A stretch of 64,000 bases of DNA from Spirochaetales bacterium (GTDB lineage: Bacteria; Spirochaetota; Spirochaetia; JABEVK01): positions 32,001 to 96,000 of the forward strand of contig JBAXAI010000010.1 of the NCBI GenBank assembly GCA_037142615.1, written 5' to 3'. Position numbers and translations under genes: made by a program. Of this stretch, positions 1 through 10,039 are shown in pieces. Every line of letters begins with the position of its first letter. Position 1 is the first letter of the stretch. The notes under the pieces were generated by a model. The model searched no databases, was not told the DNA's origin, and saw only the letters and a program-made list of their open reading frames with translations.

Positions 1-459
1 GCTCACGATGCGCCCGAGCTTGCCCGAGTCGAGAAGGCGTTTCACCTCGCGGTAAAGGGGCGAGTAACGCAGCGTGAACCCGGTCATGATCAGGCGATCG
101 CTTCGGCGCTCGGCTGCGGCCAAGGCGAGGCAGTCGTCCTCGGTGGTCGCAAGGGGTTTTTCGGCAAACACGTGCAGGCCGTGGGACAAGGCGGCCTCGA
201 TGTGCGCGCGGTGGTAGGCGTTGGGCGACGCGACCAAGGTCCAGCTCACCTCTGGCAAGGCCAAGGCGTCCTCAAAGCTGCCGGGCCTGGGCAAACCCGA
301 CGCTCCTGCGGCCGCGTACAGGTCGTCGACCGCTTGGGCGCTCGGGTCCCAGGCCCCGGCCAGTTCAAGACCCGGCTGAGTCTTGAGCATGGCGACCAAA
401 TTGATCGCGCGGCCGCCGCAGCCGACCACCACGTACTTGACCGTTGGTACTGCGCTCAT
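1..459 (-). CDS. Gfo/Idh/MocA family oxidoreductase (3' end runs off the window)
   Basis: Hand translation: MSAVPTVKYVVVGCGGRA...VASPNAYH...VFAEKPLA...TGFTLRYSP (Rossmann fold, EKP motif). ATG overlaps the upstream TGA (ATGA, 456-459). Not in the ORF track. Confidence 0.9.
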   Translation of the reverse strand, partial: MSAVPTVKYVVVGCGGRAINLVAMLKTQPGLELAGAWDPSAQAVDDLYAAAGASGLPRPGSFEDALALPEVSWTLVASPNAYHRAHIEAALSHGLHVFAEKPLATTEDDCLALAAAERRSDRLIMTGFTLRYSPLYREVKRLLDSGKLGRIVS

Positions 460-2138
460 GAGTCCAACTCCCTGGTGAGCTCGCTGGCCAGCAATTCCCG
501 CATTCGGGCGGGGCGGCCGAGGTCGACGGGGCTGACGCCGGTGGGAGTCAGCTCGCCGAACAACCAACTGACCACGGCCAGTTGAGTCGATATATCGGGG
601 CTGTAGGCGTTGAGCAGGGTATCGGCCCACGGCACGTCGTGCCCCAAATAGGGGGTGCCGAAGCTGACATGCACCACGGGGCAAGCCGGTTGTTCGTAGC
701 GGACGAACCACCCCGAACGCATCCAGGGCCCCGACGGCCGGATGAAGTTGGTGCCCCAGGTGGGTCCGACAACCCAAAGCATCAGCACCGCCTGATAGCG
801 GGTAAAGTCGTGCCCACGGTAGGCAAAGGCCGGGTCGGCCTCGGTGCGACGCTCGACCTCGACTCCCCGCGCTTCGAGCAGCTTGTCGATTCCATCGACG
901 TGGTACTCGGCGTTGGCGCGCAGGTGCACCACCAGCACCCGGTCGCCCTTTTTCAGGCCCAGCGGCACCTGATCGTCGGAGCGCACCAAGGTGAGGGCCT
1001 TGCGGGCCAAGTCGCGGCTGGCGGCGGCAAACCGGGCCCGGTGTGGCGCGAGCCAGGCTTCGGGATCGGCAGCCGGCCGGGCGCTGGCCGGGTTGGCGGC
1101 GAACCCGAGCCTTTCTTTGAGTTCCAAGACTCGCGTGCAAGCTTCGTCGAGGCGCGCCAGGCTGATGTCACCACTCGCCACGGCCTTTTTCAGCGAAAAG
1201 AAGTCCTCGCGGAGGGTGAACAGCAAAACGTCGTTGCCGGCGTTGATCAGGCGCACCAGCAGCTCGTAGCGATTACGAACGCGGCTCATCGAACCGTTCA
1301 TTTCGATGGCATCGCTGACGACCAGGCCGTCGAAGCCGAGCTCGCCGCGCAGCAGGTCGGTGGTGACTTTGCGGCTCAGGATGGCCGGGGGTGGCCCGAA
1401 CCCGTCGCCCGAATCGTCACCGTCCACGCTGGGCAGCGCGATGTGGCCGATCATGGTGGTCCACGCGCCGCCCGCGTCAGGTCCGGCACCAAAAGTAGCG
1501 ACAAAGGGCTTGGCGCTGAGGCGGTGCCAGTCGGCGCGGCTCAGGGGGTTCACGCTGGTGACCAGGTGCTGGTCGCGGTCGTCCCAGCCGTCGCCGGGAA
1601 AGTGTTTTACCGTGGTGGCCAGGCCGTGGCTCTGCATGCTCTGGACCAAAATCCTAGCCAAACGGCTGACCCTCGCCACGTCGTCACCCAGGCTGCGGGT
1701 GTTCGTGATGGGATTGCCGGGATTCATGTTGAGATCGACCACCGGCCCGAAGGTCCAATGCACGCCGTAGGCCCGCGCTTCCACGGCGGTGGCCTCACCC
1801 ATGAGCGCGGTCAAAGTGTCATCGGCGGCGGCGGCGGTGCTCATCAGGTCGGGGAAGCTGGTGGCGCCGTCGATCATGCGGCCGGCCCCGCTCTCGAGGT
1901 CGGTGCTGATCACCAAAGGAACCCCCGGTCCGTCCTGCAGCAAGTTGGTGACGCGGACAAAGTCGTTGGCGCTTCCAAAAAAGACGAAGGCTCCGCCGAC
2001 CCGGACCGGTGGAAGGCTGTCGTGAATCTGCTGCGCGGTGGCTTGCGGGCGCAGGTTGGGATGCAGCAACTGACCGATTTTTTCATCCACGCTGAGGGTG
2101 GCGAGGGTCCGGGTGACCCAAGGACTGAGGGGTTTCAT
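456..2138 (-). CDS. Glycoside hydrolase family 3, beta-N-acetylglucosaminidase (NagZ/Nag3-like)
   Basis: KHFPGDGxxxxDQH motif, GPVVDLNMNPGNPI, VSDAIEM nucleophile region, GH3 C-terminal domain. Confidence 0.9.
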   Translation of the reverse strand: MKPLSPWVTRTLATLSVDEKIGQLLHPNLRPQATAQQIHDSLPPVRVGGAFVFFGSANDFVRVTNLLQDGPGVPLVISTDLESGAGRMIDGATSFPDLMSTAAAADDTLTALMGEATAVEARAYGVHWTFGPVVDLNMNPGNPITNTRSLGDDVARVSRLARILVQSMQSHGLATTVKHFPGDGWDDRDQHLVTSVNPLSRADWHRLSAKPFVATFGAGPDAGGAWTTMIGHIALPSVDGDDSGDGFGPPPAILSRKVTTDLLRGELGFDGLVVSDAIEMNGSMSRVRNRYELLVRLINAGNDVLLFTLREDFFSLKKAVASGDISLARLDEACTRVLELKERLGFAANPASARPAADPEAWLAPHRARFAAASRDLARKALTLVRSDDQVPLGLKKGDRVLVVHLRANAEYHVDGIDKLLEARGVEVERRTEADPAFAYRGHDFTRYQAVLMLWVVGPTWGTNFIRPSGPWMRSGWFVRYEQPACPVVHVSFGTPYLGHDVPWADTLLNAYSPDISTQLAVVSWLFGELTPTGVSPVDLGRPARMRELLASELTRELDS

Positions 2139-2194
2139 GCGCTCAGCATAATACTAAACTGCCCCCACACGCCAACCCATGGTAGAATGGTAGC

Positions 2195-3508
2195 GTGAAA
2201 CTACCGAAGTTCGACATCACGCCCTGGAAGGCCTCCAACAAGCCGGTGTGGCGCGAACCCGAACGCCTGGGCTGGTTCCCACCGCTGGTCGATCTCATCG
2301 GCCCGCCGTACATCCGCTTCGGGCTGGGGTTGCAAAAGGTAGAACTCCGCGAGGCCGCTCGGCTGGCCGAGGCGCTGAAGGGAGTCGAGTCGCACGGGGA
2401 CCGCCTGGTGCTGGTGTTCCGTCACTGCGGCGACGCCGACCCGCATGGGGTGTACTACGCGCTCAACACGCTGGCCAAGCCCGCCTACCGCCGGGCAGGC
2501 CTCAAGCGGCCCCGCTTTTTGTTCCTCGCCAGCGCCGAGATTGCGCTGTGGGGCGGTGGGCTCACCGATTTTGCCTTGCGGGCGGGTGGTACCCTCAGCC
2601 TGGCACACGGCCCGGGAGCCCGCCGGTCGCTCGAATACCTGCAAAAACACCTGGAGGCCAGCCCCGACCCGGTGGTGCTGGCCCCCGAAGGTCAGATCAC
2701 CTACGAGCTGGGCAGTCCCATCCACCTGGACCCCGGCGCGGCCAACATCGCGGGGTGGGCCGCCACGGCAGCCCAAGGCGAGGCCAAAGTGGTGCCCATC
2801 GGCTTGCGCTACCTGTGCCCGGGGGAAACTTGGGCGCGCTGGCACCGGTTCGTCGGCGTGCTGGAACGTGATGCGGGTCTTCCTGCCTGGACGCAGCAAA
2901 CCTCGGTGGAAGCCGACGCGGGAGCACGTCAGCGACGCCTCTGGGACCACCTGCTGACGCTGGGCGAAACCTACTATCGGCGCAAACACCTGCGCAAGCT
3001 CGAGCCTCAACCGACCCTCGACGCCCGCTGCCGGCAACTGACCCGCATCGCTGTCGAGGTGGGAGCCCGGGCCCGCGACATTGCTGTCGGCGACGACCTG
3101 CGGCCCGCGATTTTTGAACTGAGGTATTCGGCCATGGACCTGGTGTTTCCTCGGCCCCGGGGGCTTTCACGGCTGGAAAAGCTGATGGACGACCGCGCCG
3201 CCGCCGAGGGCTGGTGGAACAATCGCCACCAGGACCTCGCCGACGTGCTTCAGTACCTTTACCCCGACTCGTTGCCCGCGCAGCCCTCGCTGGAACGGTC
3301 GGTCGAAAGTGTGCTCAACCTGGCCGACCTCGCCGGGCGCTTGGCGGGCGGCAACATCAAACACCGCCCCCGGTACTTCCGCCGGGTGCTCCAGCTCACC
3401 GTGGGCGAGGTGTGGGCCATCGACAAAAGCGATGGGCGACCTCGCAAGGAAAAAGCTTCCGAGGTCACCCGCAAGATTCAGGAATCGCTTCAGTTCTTGT
3501 CGAGATAG
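2195..3508 (+). CDS. PlsC-like glycerolipid acyltransferase with C-terminal extension
   Basis: FRHCGDAD (HxxxxD), LAPEG, VVPIGLRY acyltransferase blocks; GTG start 6 nt after TAGAAT. Confidence 0.7.
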   Translation: MKLPKFDITPWKASNKPVWREPERLGWFPPLVDLIGPPYIRFGLGLQKVELREAARLAEALKGVESHGDRLVLVFRHCGDADPHGVYYALNTLAKPAYRRAGLKRPRFLFLASAEIALWGGGLTDFALRAGGTLSLAHGPGARRSLEYLQKHLEASPDPVVLAPEGQITYELGSPIHLDPGAANIAGWAATAAQGEAKVVPIGLRYLCPGETWARWHRFVGVLERDAGLPAWTQQTSVEADAGARQRRLWDHLLTLGETYYRRKHLRKLEPQPTLDARCRQLTRIAVEVGARARDIAVGDDLRPAIFELRYSAMDLVFPRPRGLSRLEKLMDDRAAAEGWWNNRHQDLADVLQYLYPDSLPAQPSLERSVESVLNLADLAGRLAGGNIKHRPRYFRRVLQLTVGEVWAIDKSDGRPRKEKASEVTRKIQESLQFLSR

Positions 3509-6500
3509 AACTCGACGCGCCGGTTCTTCCACCGGTTTTCGAGGTCGCCATGGGGCACGATGGGCTTGTCGCCACCGAACCCGAGCACCGTGAACCGTTC
3601 CGGATCGATACCCAGCAGCACCATCACCGCGCGCACCGAGTTGGCCCGGTCGAGCGACAGTGGCAAGAGCTGCGTCGTCTGTTCCTTGGCAGCGGCCTTG
3701 GCGTCGTTCCAGAACTCGCTGACCGCGTAGCCTTCCAAGCGGATCTTGTAGCCGGGAAACTTGCCAAGCGCGTTGGCCAGCCGTTTGAGCACGTACAGGT
3801 TCTTGTTGAGCTGGTCGCCGGGAAGTTTGAACAGGTCGGACGAATTGCCCGGGAACTGGATGCTGCTCACCACGATTTTGTACTTGCCCTCGGCGATTTT
3901 CACCACGGCGATGTCGATGGTGACGGTGGCCTGCTGACGCGTCACATTCTTCTGCGTGTCGGCCACCTTGAGCTGAAGCTGGTAATCGTCGCCCGATTCC
4001 ACCGTGTCGCCCGTGTCGCTCTTGCCGTCCCAGTACAGGCTGGCCGGAGGAAGACCCTTGCCGCTCCACTGCCGGAAGGTTTTGCCGCGCGGGTCGATGA
4101 CGGCCAATTGCCAGTTGTCGACGGGCACGACGCCTTCGGTGGTCTTGATCTTGATGGTCAGGTCGGTGGCGCCATCGACGTTGTTGGGCGCGAAGGTCTT
4201 GGTTGACAACGTCATTTCGACGAGCGGACCCTGATCGTTGAGGTAGGTCGAGTCGATCTTGACCTGGCCCGAGGCCCGGGACACCGAGCCGTTGGCGTAG
4301 TTCACGGTCAGCGCCACCTCGTAGGTGCCGTTGGCCAGCGCCTTGGTTTGCGCGTTCAGGCCGTTCCAGTCCCAGAACGACAGGGGGCCGGCGGCGGACT
4401 TTTCACCCACGGTTTTGCCGTCAGGGCCGAGCACGCTGACCACGGTTTTTTCGACCGAGTCGATGGCCTCGAGCAGCGGCGTGATGCGCACCGAACCATT
4501 CGCCCCCTTGCCGGGAACGATGACGGTGCGGCTGAGGTCGAGCGACACCTTGGCCTGGCGGCTGTCCTTGCGAAGTTGCAAAAGCACAACGCCGGAAACC
4601 CCGGCTTTGCTCACGGCGGAGGCGCGTACGGTGTACGGACCGTCGGCAAGGGCCTTGCCCTGACCGTCGAGGCCGCTGAACGGCACGCTGGCCTGCCCCT
4701 TGTCACCGAGTGGCGACTTCAGGACTGTTTTGCCGTCAGAATCGAGAATCTCGAGGGTCCAGGGCAGTCCGGCATCACCCGCGAAACTGATCGTGACACC
4801 CGTGCGGCCAGAGCCGCCGAAGACGGCGTCGCTCGAGGTGAGCTGACCCTGCGGTTCCTTGAGGAAGCTGGAATCGAGCTTGACGCTTTTGCGGGCCTGG
4901 CTGACGGTTCCGTTCGCGTAGGCCACCTTCAAACTCAGTTGGTAGTCGCCGTCGGGAAGCACCTGCCCCTGCGGGTCTTTGCCGCTCCAGTCCCAGAACG
5001 GCACCAAGCCGGCCCCGCCGCGCTCGTCGAACAGTTTGCCGTCGGGCGAAAGGAAGCTCAGCGTCGTCGTTTCGATGGAGTCGAGCACATCGAGCACGGG
5101 GGTGATTTTCACCGAGCCGTTGAGGCTGTTGCCGGGAACCAGCACGGGGCTCGACAGGTCGAGGTCGACCTTGAGCGCGCGGCTGTCTTTGCGCACCTGG
5201 GCCGTGGCGGTGCCGACGAGGCCGCCCTTGCTGGTCGCGGTGGCCTTGAGGGTGTACACGCCATCGGGAAGGGCCTTGCCCGCCGCATCGGTGCCGAGTT
5301 CCGCCTTGCCCTGGCCGCTGTCACCGAGCGGGTACTGCCGCACCGACTTGGTTCCTGGCGCGGGGCCCGCAAGAACGTCGAGCGTCCAAACAACCCCAGC
5401 GTCGCCGGCAAACGTGGCGGTGGCGGTGGGCCGCGAAGCCGAGCCGAACACGGCGGCCGAAACGCTGAGTTTTCCCTGAGGCTCGGTGAGGTAGCCGGAG
5501 TCGACCTTGAGGTCGGCGTCGGCCTTGGCTACGGTGCCGTTGGCGTAGGTGACGGCCAGCTTCGCGGTGTAGGCTCCGTCGGCTGCCGCAGCGGCAGAAG
5601 GCGAGGCGTCGGCGCTCCAGTCCCAGAAGGTGAGCAGGCCGTCACGGGTCTGACTCGCCACCAGGTCACCGGCCTCGTTGCGCAGTTCCAGCGTCGTGTT
5701 CACCACAGAGTCGAGGATGTCGAGGATGGGCGTGACCCGCAGTTGGCCGTTGGCGCCCTTGCCCGGGACGACGACGGCGCGCGACAAGTCGAGGGCCACC
5801 TTCATCGGTCGGCTGTCTTTGCGCAGCGACTGCGACGTAGAGCCCTTGACCCCCTGCGCCGACACGGCCGAGGCCGTCAGCGTGTACGAGCCGTCGGGCC
5901 AGTTGGCATCGGTGGCGGCGGGAACGTCGAGAGGCGCGGGGGCACCCTTGCCCAGCGGATACTTGCCTACCGTCGCACCCGCCTTGTCGGTGACGACCAG
6001 CGTCCATTCCAGCCCCGCGTCGCCCTTGAAGTTCACACTGACGTGCGGTCGACCGGTGCCGCCGAACAGGGTGTCGGACAGCGAGAGCGTCCCTTGCGGC
6101 TCGTTGAAGTACTTGGAGTTGATGGCGACGTCTTTGGTGGCGCTGCTGACCGCGCCGTTGGCATAGGTCGCGGTGAGCGACACGCGGTAGCTTCCATCGG
6201 CGAGCGTCTTGCCCACGATGTCGCGGCCCGTCCAGGTGTAAGGGGCCAGCCCAGTGTCGTCGGCGCTCAGGCGCTTTTGGTCGACGAGCGTGGCCTTGGC
6301 GTCGGTGGTGCTGACAGCCCATTCGGCCCCGGTCAAGCCGTCGGCCAGCTCGAACACGGGCGTCACCGAAATGCTGCCGTTGGCGTTGTTGCCAGGAACC
6401 AGAATGCTCGACGAGGGCTCGAGCGTCACTTTGCGGCTGCGGCTGTCTTTGGTAATTTCGTAGGTGGCCGTGCCCAGGTTGCCGGACTTGTCGTGGGCGC

Positions 6501-7869
6501 TGGCCCGCAGGGTGTACGCGCCGTCGGGGCGGGCCTTGCCGGCGTCCGCCGATTGGACTTCGAGCTTGACGCCGCTCCCGGTGCCGCTCACCGAATTGCC
6601 CACGGGCAGCCCGTCCGCGCCGAGAACTTCGAAGGTCCAGTTGACGTTGCCATCGCCGTTGAACTCGACGGGCAGCGTGAGGCGTCCCGAGCCGCCATAA
6701 ACGGTCACAGCGCTCTGATAGCGGCCCTGGGGTGGCGTGGTGTCGATGTCGAAGGGCAGCGCCGGCGACTCGCCTGAGTTGCCGTTACTGAAGTTGGCCT
6801 TGAGCACCGCTTGATAGCGCCCCTCGCCCAAATCCTTGCCCCGAAGGTCTTTGCCATCAAAGGCAAGGCTGACAGGAAGCGGAGCCTTACCCGCTTTTGT
6901 CCACAGGACGACCGCAGGAGCGGCGGGGTCGGCCACGGTGACGGTCCAGTCGACCAGCGCGTCGGCGTTGCCCGAGTCGGGTTTGAGGGTCAGGGTGCTC
7001 GGGGACCCCTTGTCGGCCTTGGGCGAGAAGACGGCTTGGTCCGACGACAGGCGCAGCACGCCGGGCTTCTCACTGATGATGACGGGCACGGGAAGCGCCT
7101 GCGAGAGTTTGGCCCCGGTGCGGCTGAAGCCCGTGAGGGTGTAGGTGTACTCGCCCTCGTAAACAAACTGGCCGGCCTGGTCCTTGCCGTCCCATTCAAA
7201 ATCGACCGGTGCCTGGTCTTCGCTCTCGGAACCCGACGAATTGGTCCAATCGATGGTGCGGACGGTTTCGCCGGCGGCGTTCAGGAACTGCCCGGTCCAC
7301 TGCTTTTCGCGGGAGCCCGACTGGTGCACGGTCAGCGTGCTGCGCTTGCCCCGGGGGGAAAAGATCGAATAATCGACGCCCAGCCGGGTGATGGCTATCG
7401 CGGTGTTCTGGATCACCACGGTACGCGGGGCCGAGCGGGTGGTCTGCCCCTGACTGTCGGTGACGGTGACAAACCAAGTGTACGTGCCGTTGGGCGCGGG
7501 TTTGCCCTCGGCGTCGAGCCCATCCCACGTCAGTTGCGCGGGGACAGTGACCGCCGGACGCTCGCCGAAATTGAACAACTCGCCAAAGAAACCCCGGTCG
7601 AGCGTCTGCTGATCGGCCTTTTGCCAGACCAACCGTCCAGTGGCGTCGTACACGTCGAAGGTCCACGCCTTGAGCACGTGGCCGGTGGTGGCAGCCGGCG
7701 CGAAAGTCAGCGTCAGCGCCTTGATCGAGGCGTTGGGGTTGGCGGGAGCCACGTAGGTAGCCACAGCCTCGGGAAAGTTCACCGTAGGCGGAAGTTCTTT
7801 TTGACCGTTGGCAAACGCGACGACCGAAGTCAGCACAAAAAAGACGAAGAGGGAAACCAGCTTGTTCAT
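3490..7869 (-). CDS. Exported FlgD Ig-like repeat protein with C-terminal OmpA peptidoglycan-binding domain
   Basis: Signal peptide MNKLVSLFVFFVLTSVVAFA; repeated WDGxDxxG...DGxY units; LSLDRANSV...GFG...NRRVEF at the C-terminus. Confidence 0.9.
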   Translation of the reverse strand: MNKLVSLFVFFVLTSVVAFANGQKELPPTVNFPEAVATYVAPANPNASIKALTLTFAPAATTGHVLKAWTFDVYDATGRLVWQKADQQTLDRGFFGELFNFGERPAVTVPAQLTWDGLDAEGKPAPNGTYTWFVTVTDSQGQTTRSAPRTVVIQNTAIAITRLGVDYSIFSPRGKRSTLTVHQSGSREKQWTGQFLNAAGETVRTIDWTNSSGSESEDQAPVDFEWDGKDQAGQFVYEGEYTYTLTGFSRTGAKLSQALPVPVIISEKPGVLRLSSDQAVFSPKADKGSPSTLTLKPDSGNADALVDWTVTVADPAAPAVVLWTKAGKAPLPVSLAFDGKDLRGKDLGEGRYQAVLKANFSNGNSGESPALPFDIDTTPPQGRYQSAVTVYGGSGRLTLPVEFNGDGNVNWTFEVLGADGLPVGNSVSGTGSGVKLEVQSADAGKARPDGAYTLRASAHDKSGNLGTATYEITKDSRSRKVTLEPSSSILVPGNNANGSISVTPVFELADGLTGAEWAVSTTDAKATLVDQKRLSADDTGLAPYTWTGRDIVGKTLADGSYRVSLTATYANGAVSSATKDVAINSKYFNEPQGTLSLSDTLFGGTGRPHVSVNFKGDAGLEWTLVVTDKAGATVGKYPLGKGAPAPLDVPAATDANWPDGSYTLTASAVSAQGVKGSTSQSLRKDSRPMKVALDLSRAVVVPGKGANGQLRVTPILDILDSVVNTTLELRNEAGDLVASQTRDGLLTFWDWSADASPSAAAAADGAYTAKLAVTYANGTVAKADADLKVDSGYLTEPQGKLSVSAAVFGSASRPTATATFAGDAGVVWTLDVLAGPAPGTKSVRQYPLGDSGQGKAELGTDAAGKALPDGVYTLKATATSKGGLVGTATAQVRKDSRALKVDLDLSSPVLVPGNSLNGSVKITPVLDVLDSIETTTLSFLSPDGKLFDERGGAGLVPFWDWSGKDPQGQVLPDGDYQLSLKVAYANGTVSQARKSVKLDSSFLKEPQGQLTSSDAVFGGSGRTGVTISFAGDAGLPWTLEILDSDGKTVLKSPLGDKGQASVPFSGLDGQGKALADGPYTVRASAVSKAGVSGVVLLQLRKDSRQAKVSLDLSRTVIVPGKGANGSVRITPLLEAIDSVEKTVVSVLGPDGKTVGEKSAAGPLSFWDWNGLNAQTKALANGTYEVALTVNYANGSVSRASGQVKIDSTYLNDQGPLVEMTLSTKTFAPNNVDGATDLTIKIKTTEGVVPVDNWQLAVIDPRGKTFRQWSGKGLPPASLYWDGKSDTGDTVESGDDYQLQLKVADTQKNVTRQQATVTIDIAVVKIAEGKYKIVVSSIQFPGNSSDLFKLPGDQLNKNLYVLKRLANALGKFPGYKIRLEGYAVSEFWNDAKAAAKEQTTQLLPLSLDRANSVRAVMVLLGIDPERFTVLGFGGDKPIVPHGDLENRWKNRRVEFYLDKN
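4236..6735 (-). repeat. Four intragenic ~208-aa tandem repeats in the OmpA-domain protein
   Basis: Each unit runs PQG...FxGD...KDSR...VPG...NG...YANG...; PQG codons near 6730, 6097, 5480, 4853. Confidence 0.85.
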
Positions 7870-7917
7870 GGTTTCAAAATAACGCATTCGCGGCCACTTG
7901 CCCATCCGGGCAAAAGA

Positions 7918-7934
7918 GGTTACTTTTTGTAACC
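7918..7934. promoter_or_regulatory. Palindromic operator GGTTAC-N5-GTAACC immediately before the LLM start codon
   Basis: Perfect 6-bp inverted repeat; related site at 28601-28621. Confidence 0.55.
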
Positions 7935-8993
7935 ATGGAACTAGGACTTTTCTCCTTTGGCGACTATTCGCCGGAACTCTTCGGTGACGACGCCGTGACC
8001 CCTGATCAGCGCGTGCGCAACCTCCTCGAAGAGATGGTACTCGCCGATCAGGTGGGCCTCGACTTTTTTGGACTGGGGGAGCACCACCGGCCAGACTTTT
8101 TGGTCAGCTCACCGGTAACGGTGCTCGCCGCCGCCGCCGTACTCACCAAGCGCATCCGCCTTTCGACCGCCGTGACCGTGATGAGCTCGGAAGACCCGGT
8201 GCGGGTGTTCCAGCAGTTTGCCACCCTCGACCAGCTTTCGAATGGCCGCGCCGAGATCATGGCGGGCCGGGGCAGCTTCATCGAAAGCTTCCCGTTGTTC
8301 GGGTACGACCTCGACGACTACGAAGAGCTGTTCACCGAAAAGCTCGACCTGCTGCTGGCGCTTACCAAGGGCGGCGAACACGTGCACTGGAAGGGCAGCG
8401 GCAAGTTCCGCGCTCCGCTCACCGGCCAGTCCATCCAGCCCCGCCCGGTGCAGAAGGAACTGCCGGTGATCATCGCCGTCGGTGGCAGTCCGGAATCGGC
8501 CGCCCGCGCAGGCACGCTGGGCCTTCCGCTGGCCATCGCCATCATCGGGGGCCAACCGGCGCGGTTCCAGCCGTTTGTCGACTACTACCGCGAAGCCGGA
8601 GCCAAGGCTGGGCACTCCCCCGACAAGCTGAAGGTGACCATCAACCAGCACGGTTTCTTGGCCGAAGACAGCCAGGCCGCCGCCGACCTCGTGTGGCCCA
8701 GCTATAAGCTCATGGTCGATAAGCTCGGCCGCGAGCGCGGTTGGCCGCCTCAGGGCCGCCCTCACTTTGAGCATGGGCGTGGCAAGTTTGGCCACCTGGT
8801 GGTCGGCAGCCCGCAAGAGGCCATCGACAAGATTTTGGCCGAGCACGAACTGTTCCACATGGACCGCTTCGCCATCCAGTTCACGGTGGGTGGCAGCCAC
8901 CACAAGGAAGTTCTGAAGTCGATCGAGCTGTTCGGCACGGTGGTGGCCCCGGCGGTGAAAAAGGCCCTGGGTACCGCACCGGTCGCGAAGTGA
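7935..8993 (+). CDS. Luciferase-like (LLM) flavin-dependent oxidoreductase
   Basis: GEHH, TKRIRLSTAVTV, DPVRVFQQFATLD, GRGSFIESFPLFG. Confidence 0.92.
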   Translation: MELGLFSFGDYSPELFGDDAVTPDQRVRNLLEEMVLADQVGLDFFGLGEHHRPDFLVSSPVTVLAAAAVLTKRIRLSTAVTVMSSEDPVRVFQQFATLDQLSNGRAEIMAGRGSFIESFPLFGYDLDDYEELFTEKLDLLLALTKGGEHVHWKGSGKFRAPLTGQSIQPRPVQKELPVIIAVGGSPESAARAGTLGLPLAIAIIGGQPARFQPFVDYYREAGAKAGHSPDKLKVTINQHGFLAEDSQAAADLVWPSYKLMVDKLGRERGWPPQGRPHFEHGRGKFGHLVVGSPQEAIDKILAEHELFHMDRFAIQFTVGGSHHKEVLKSIELFGTVVAPAVKKALGTAPVAK

Positions 8994-10039
8994 AACTGCT
9001 CGAGCCCTACCGACTGGGCGACCTGGACTTGCCCAACCGCGTGGTGATGGCCCCCATGACCCGCAACCGGGCCGTGGGCCAGGTGCAGCACCCGTGGGCC
9101 ATCGAGCACTACTCGGTGCGGGCGGCTGCGGGCTTAATCTTGAGTGAGTCGACGCAGGTTTCGGCCCGGGGCCAGGGCGCCTTCGACACGCCCGGCTTGC
9201 ACACCCCCGAGCAGACCGCCGCTTGGAAGGCCGTGGTCGACGCCGTTCACGCGGCCCAAGGTCCGGGGGCGGGCGGGCGGATCATGGCTCAACTGGGCCA
9301 CGCGGGGCGGCTGAGCCACTCCGACTACCAGGGTTTGCCACCGGTGGCCCCTTCGGCGGTCTTGCCTGCCGGTTTTGTGCGGACTCCTTTAGGCACCAAG
9401 AGTTATGAAGAGCCCTACGTTCCGACGGCAGCCGAAATCCCGGCGCTGGTCGAGGAGTTTGCCCACGCCGCCCGTTGTGCCCGTCAAGCGGGGTTCGACG
9501 GCGTTGAGTTGCACGGGGCCCACGGCTTTCTGCTCGACCAGTTTCTTCAAAGCGGCACCAACCAGCGGAGCGATGCCTACGGGGGCTCGGCCAAGAACCG
9601 CCGCCGGTTCGCGCTCGAAGTCGTCGAGGCCGTCAAGGGCGTGTGGCCGGCCGGCCGAATCGGGTTCACCGTCAGCCCCGGCGGCAACCACAAGGGCATT
9701 CACGACAGCGACCCGGTGACCACCTTCACCGAATTGGCCCAGGCTCTGTCGGCGGCCGGGCTGGGTTGGCTGCACGTGGCCAATCTGCCGTTGGGCGAGT
9801 TGTTCCCGAGCGAGTTCCTACGGCCGGTATTTCGGCGTACGTTGATTGTCAGCGAAGGCTACACCCGCGAAAGTGCGGAACTTGCAGTCACCCAGGGGAA
9901 CGCCGACTTGGTGGCTTTCGGCAAGGCGTTCACGGCCAATGCCGACTTGGTCGATAAGTTGCGGCGTGGTGATAGCCTCGAGCTGGCCGATCCCAAGACC
10001 TTCTACGCGGGCGGACGCACCGGGTACGTGGGCCCCTAG
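8990..10039 (+). CDS. Old yellow enzyme family alkene reductase (NemA-like)
   Basis: NRVVMAPMTR, AGFDGVELHGAHG, NQRSDAYGGS, FY..G..GY; GTGA overlap with the LLM gene. Confidence 0.92.
   Translation: MKLLEPYRLGDLDLPNRVVMAPMTRNRAVGQVQHPWAIEHYSVRAAAGLILSESTQVSARGQGAFDTPGLHTPEQTAAWKAVVDAVHAAQGPGAGGRIMAQLGHAGRLSHSDYQGLPPVAPSAVLPAGFVRTPLGTKSYEEPYVPTAAEIPALVEEFAHAARCARQAGFDGVELHGAHGFLLDQFLQSGTNQRSDAYGGSAKNRRRFALEVVEAVKGVWPAGRIGFTVSPGGNHKGIHDSDPVTTFTELAQALSAAGLGWLHVANLPLGELFPSEFLRPVFRRTLIVSEGYTRESAELAVTQGNADLVAFGKAFTANADLVDKLRRGDSLELADPKTFYAGGRTGYVGP

Noticed and set aside
582-2198. Long antisense ORFs (also 4348-6777, 19627-21153, 22702-24294, 28635-30440, 46955-49045, 55068-57119)
   Set aside because: Shadow frames opposite well-supported genes in GC-rich DNA; no recognisable motifs.
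3490-3508. Convergent 3' overlaps (also 50371-50390)
   Set aside because: Short tail-to-tail overlaps are common in compact GC-rich genomes.
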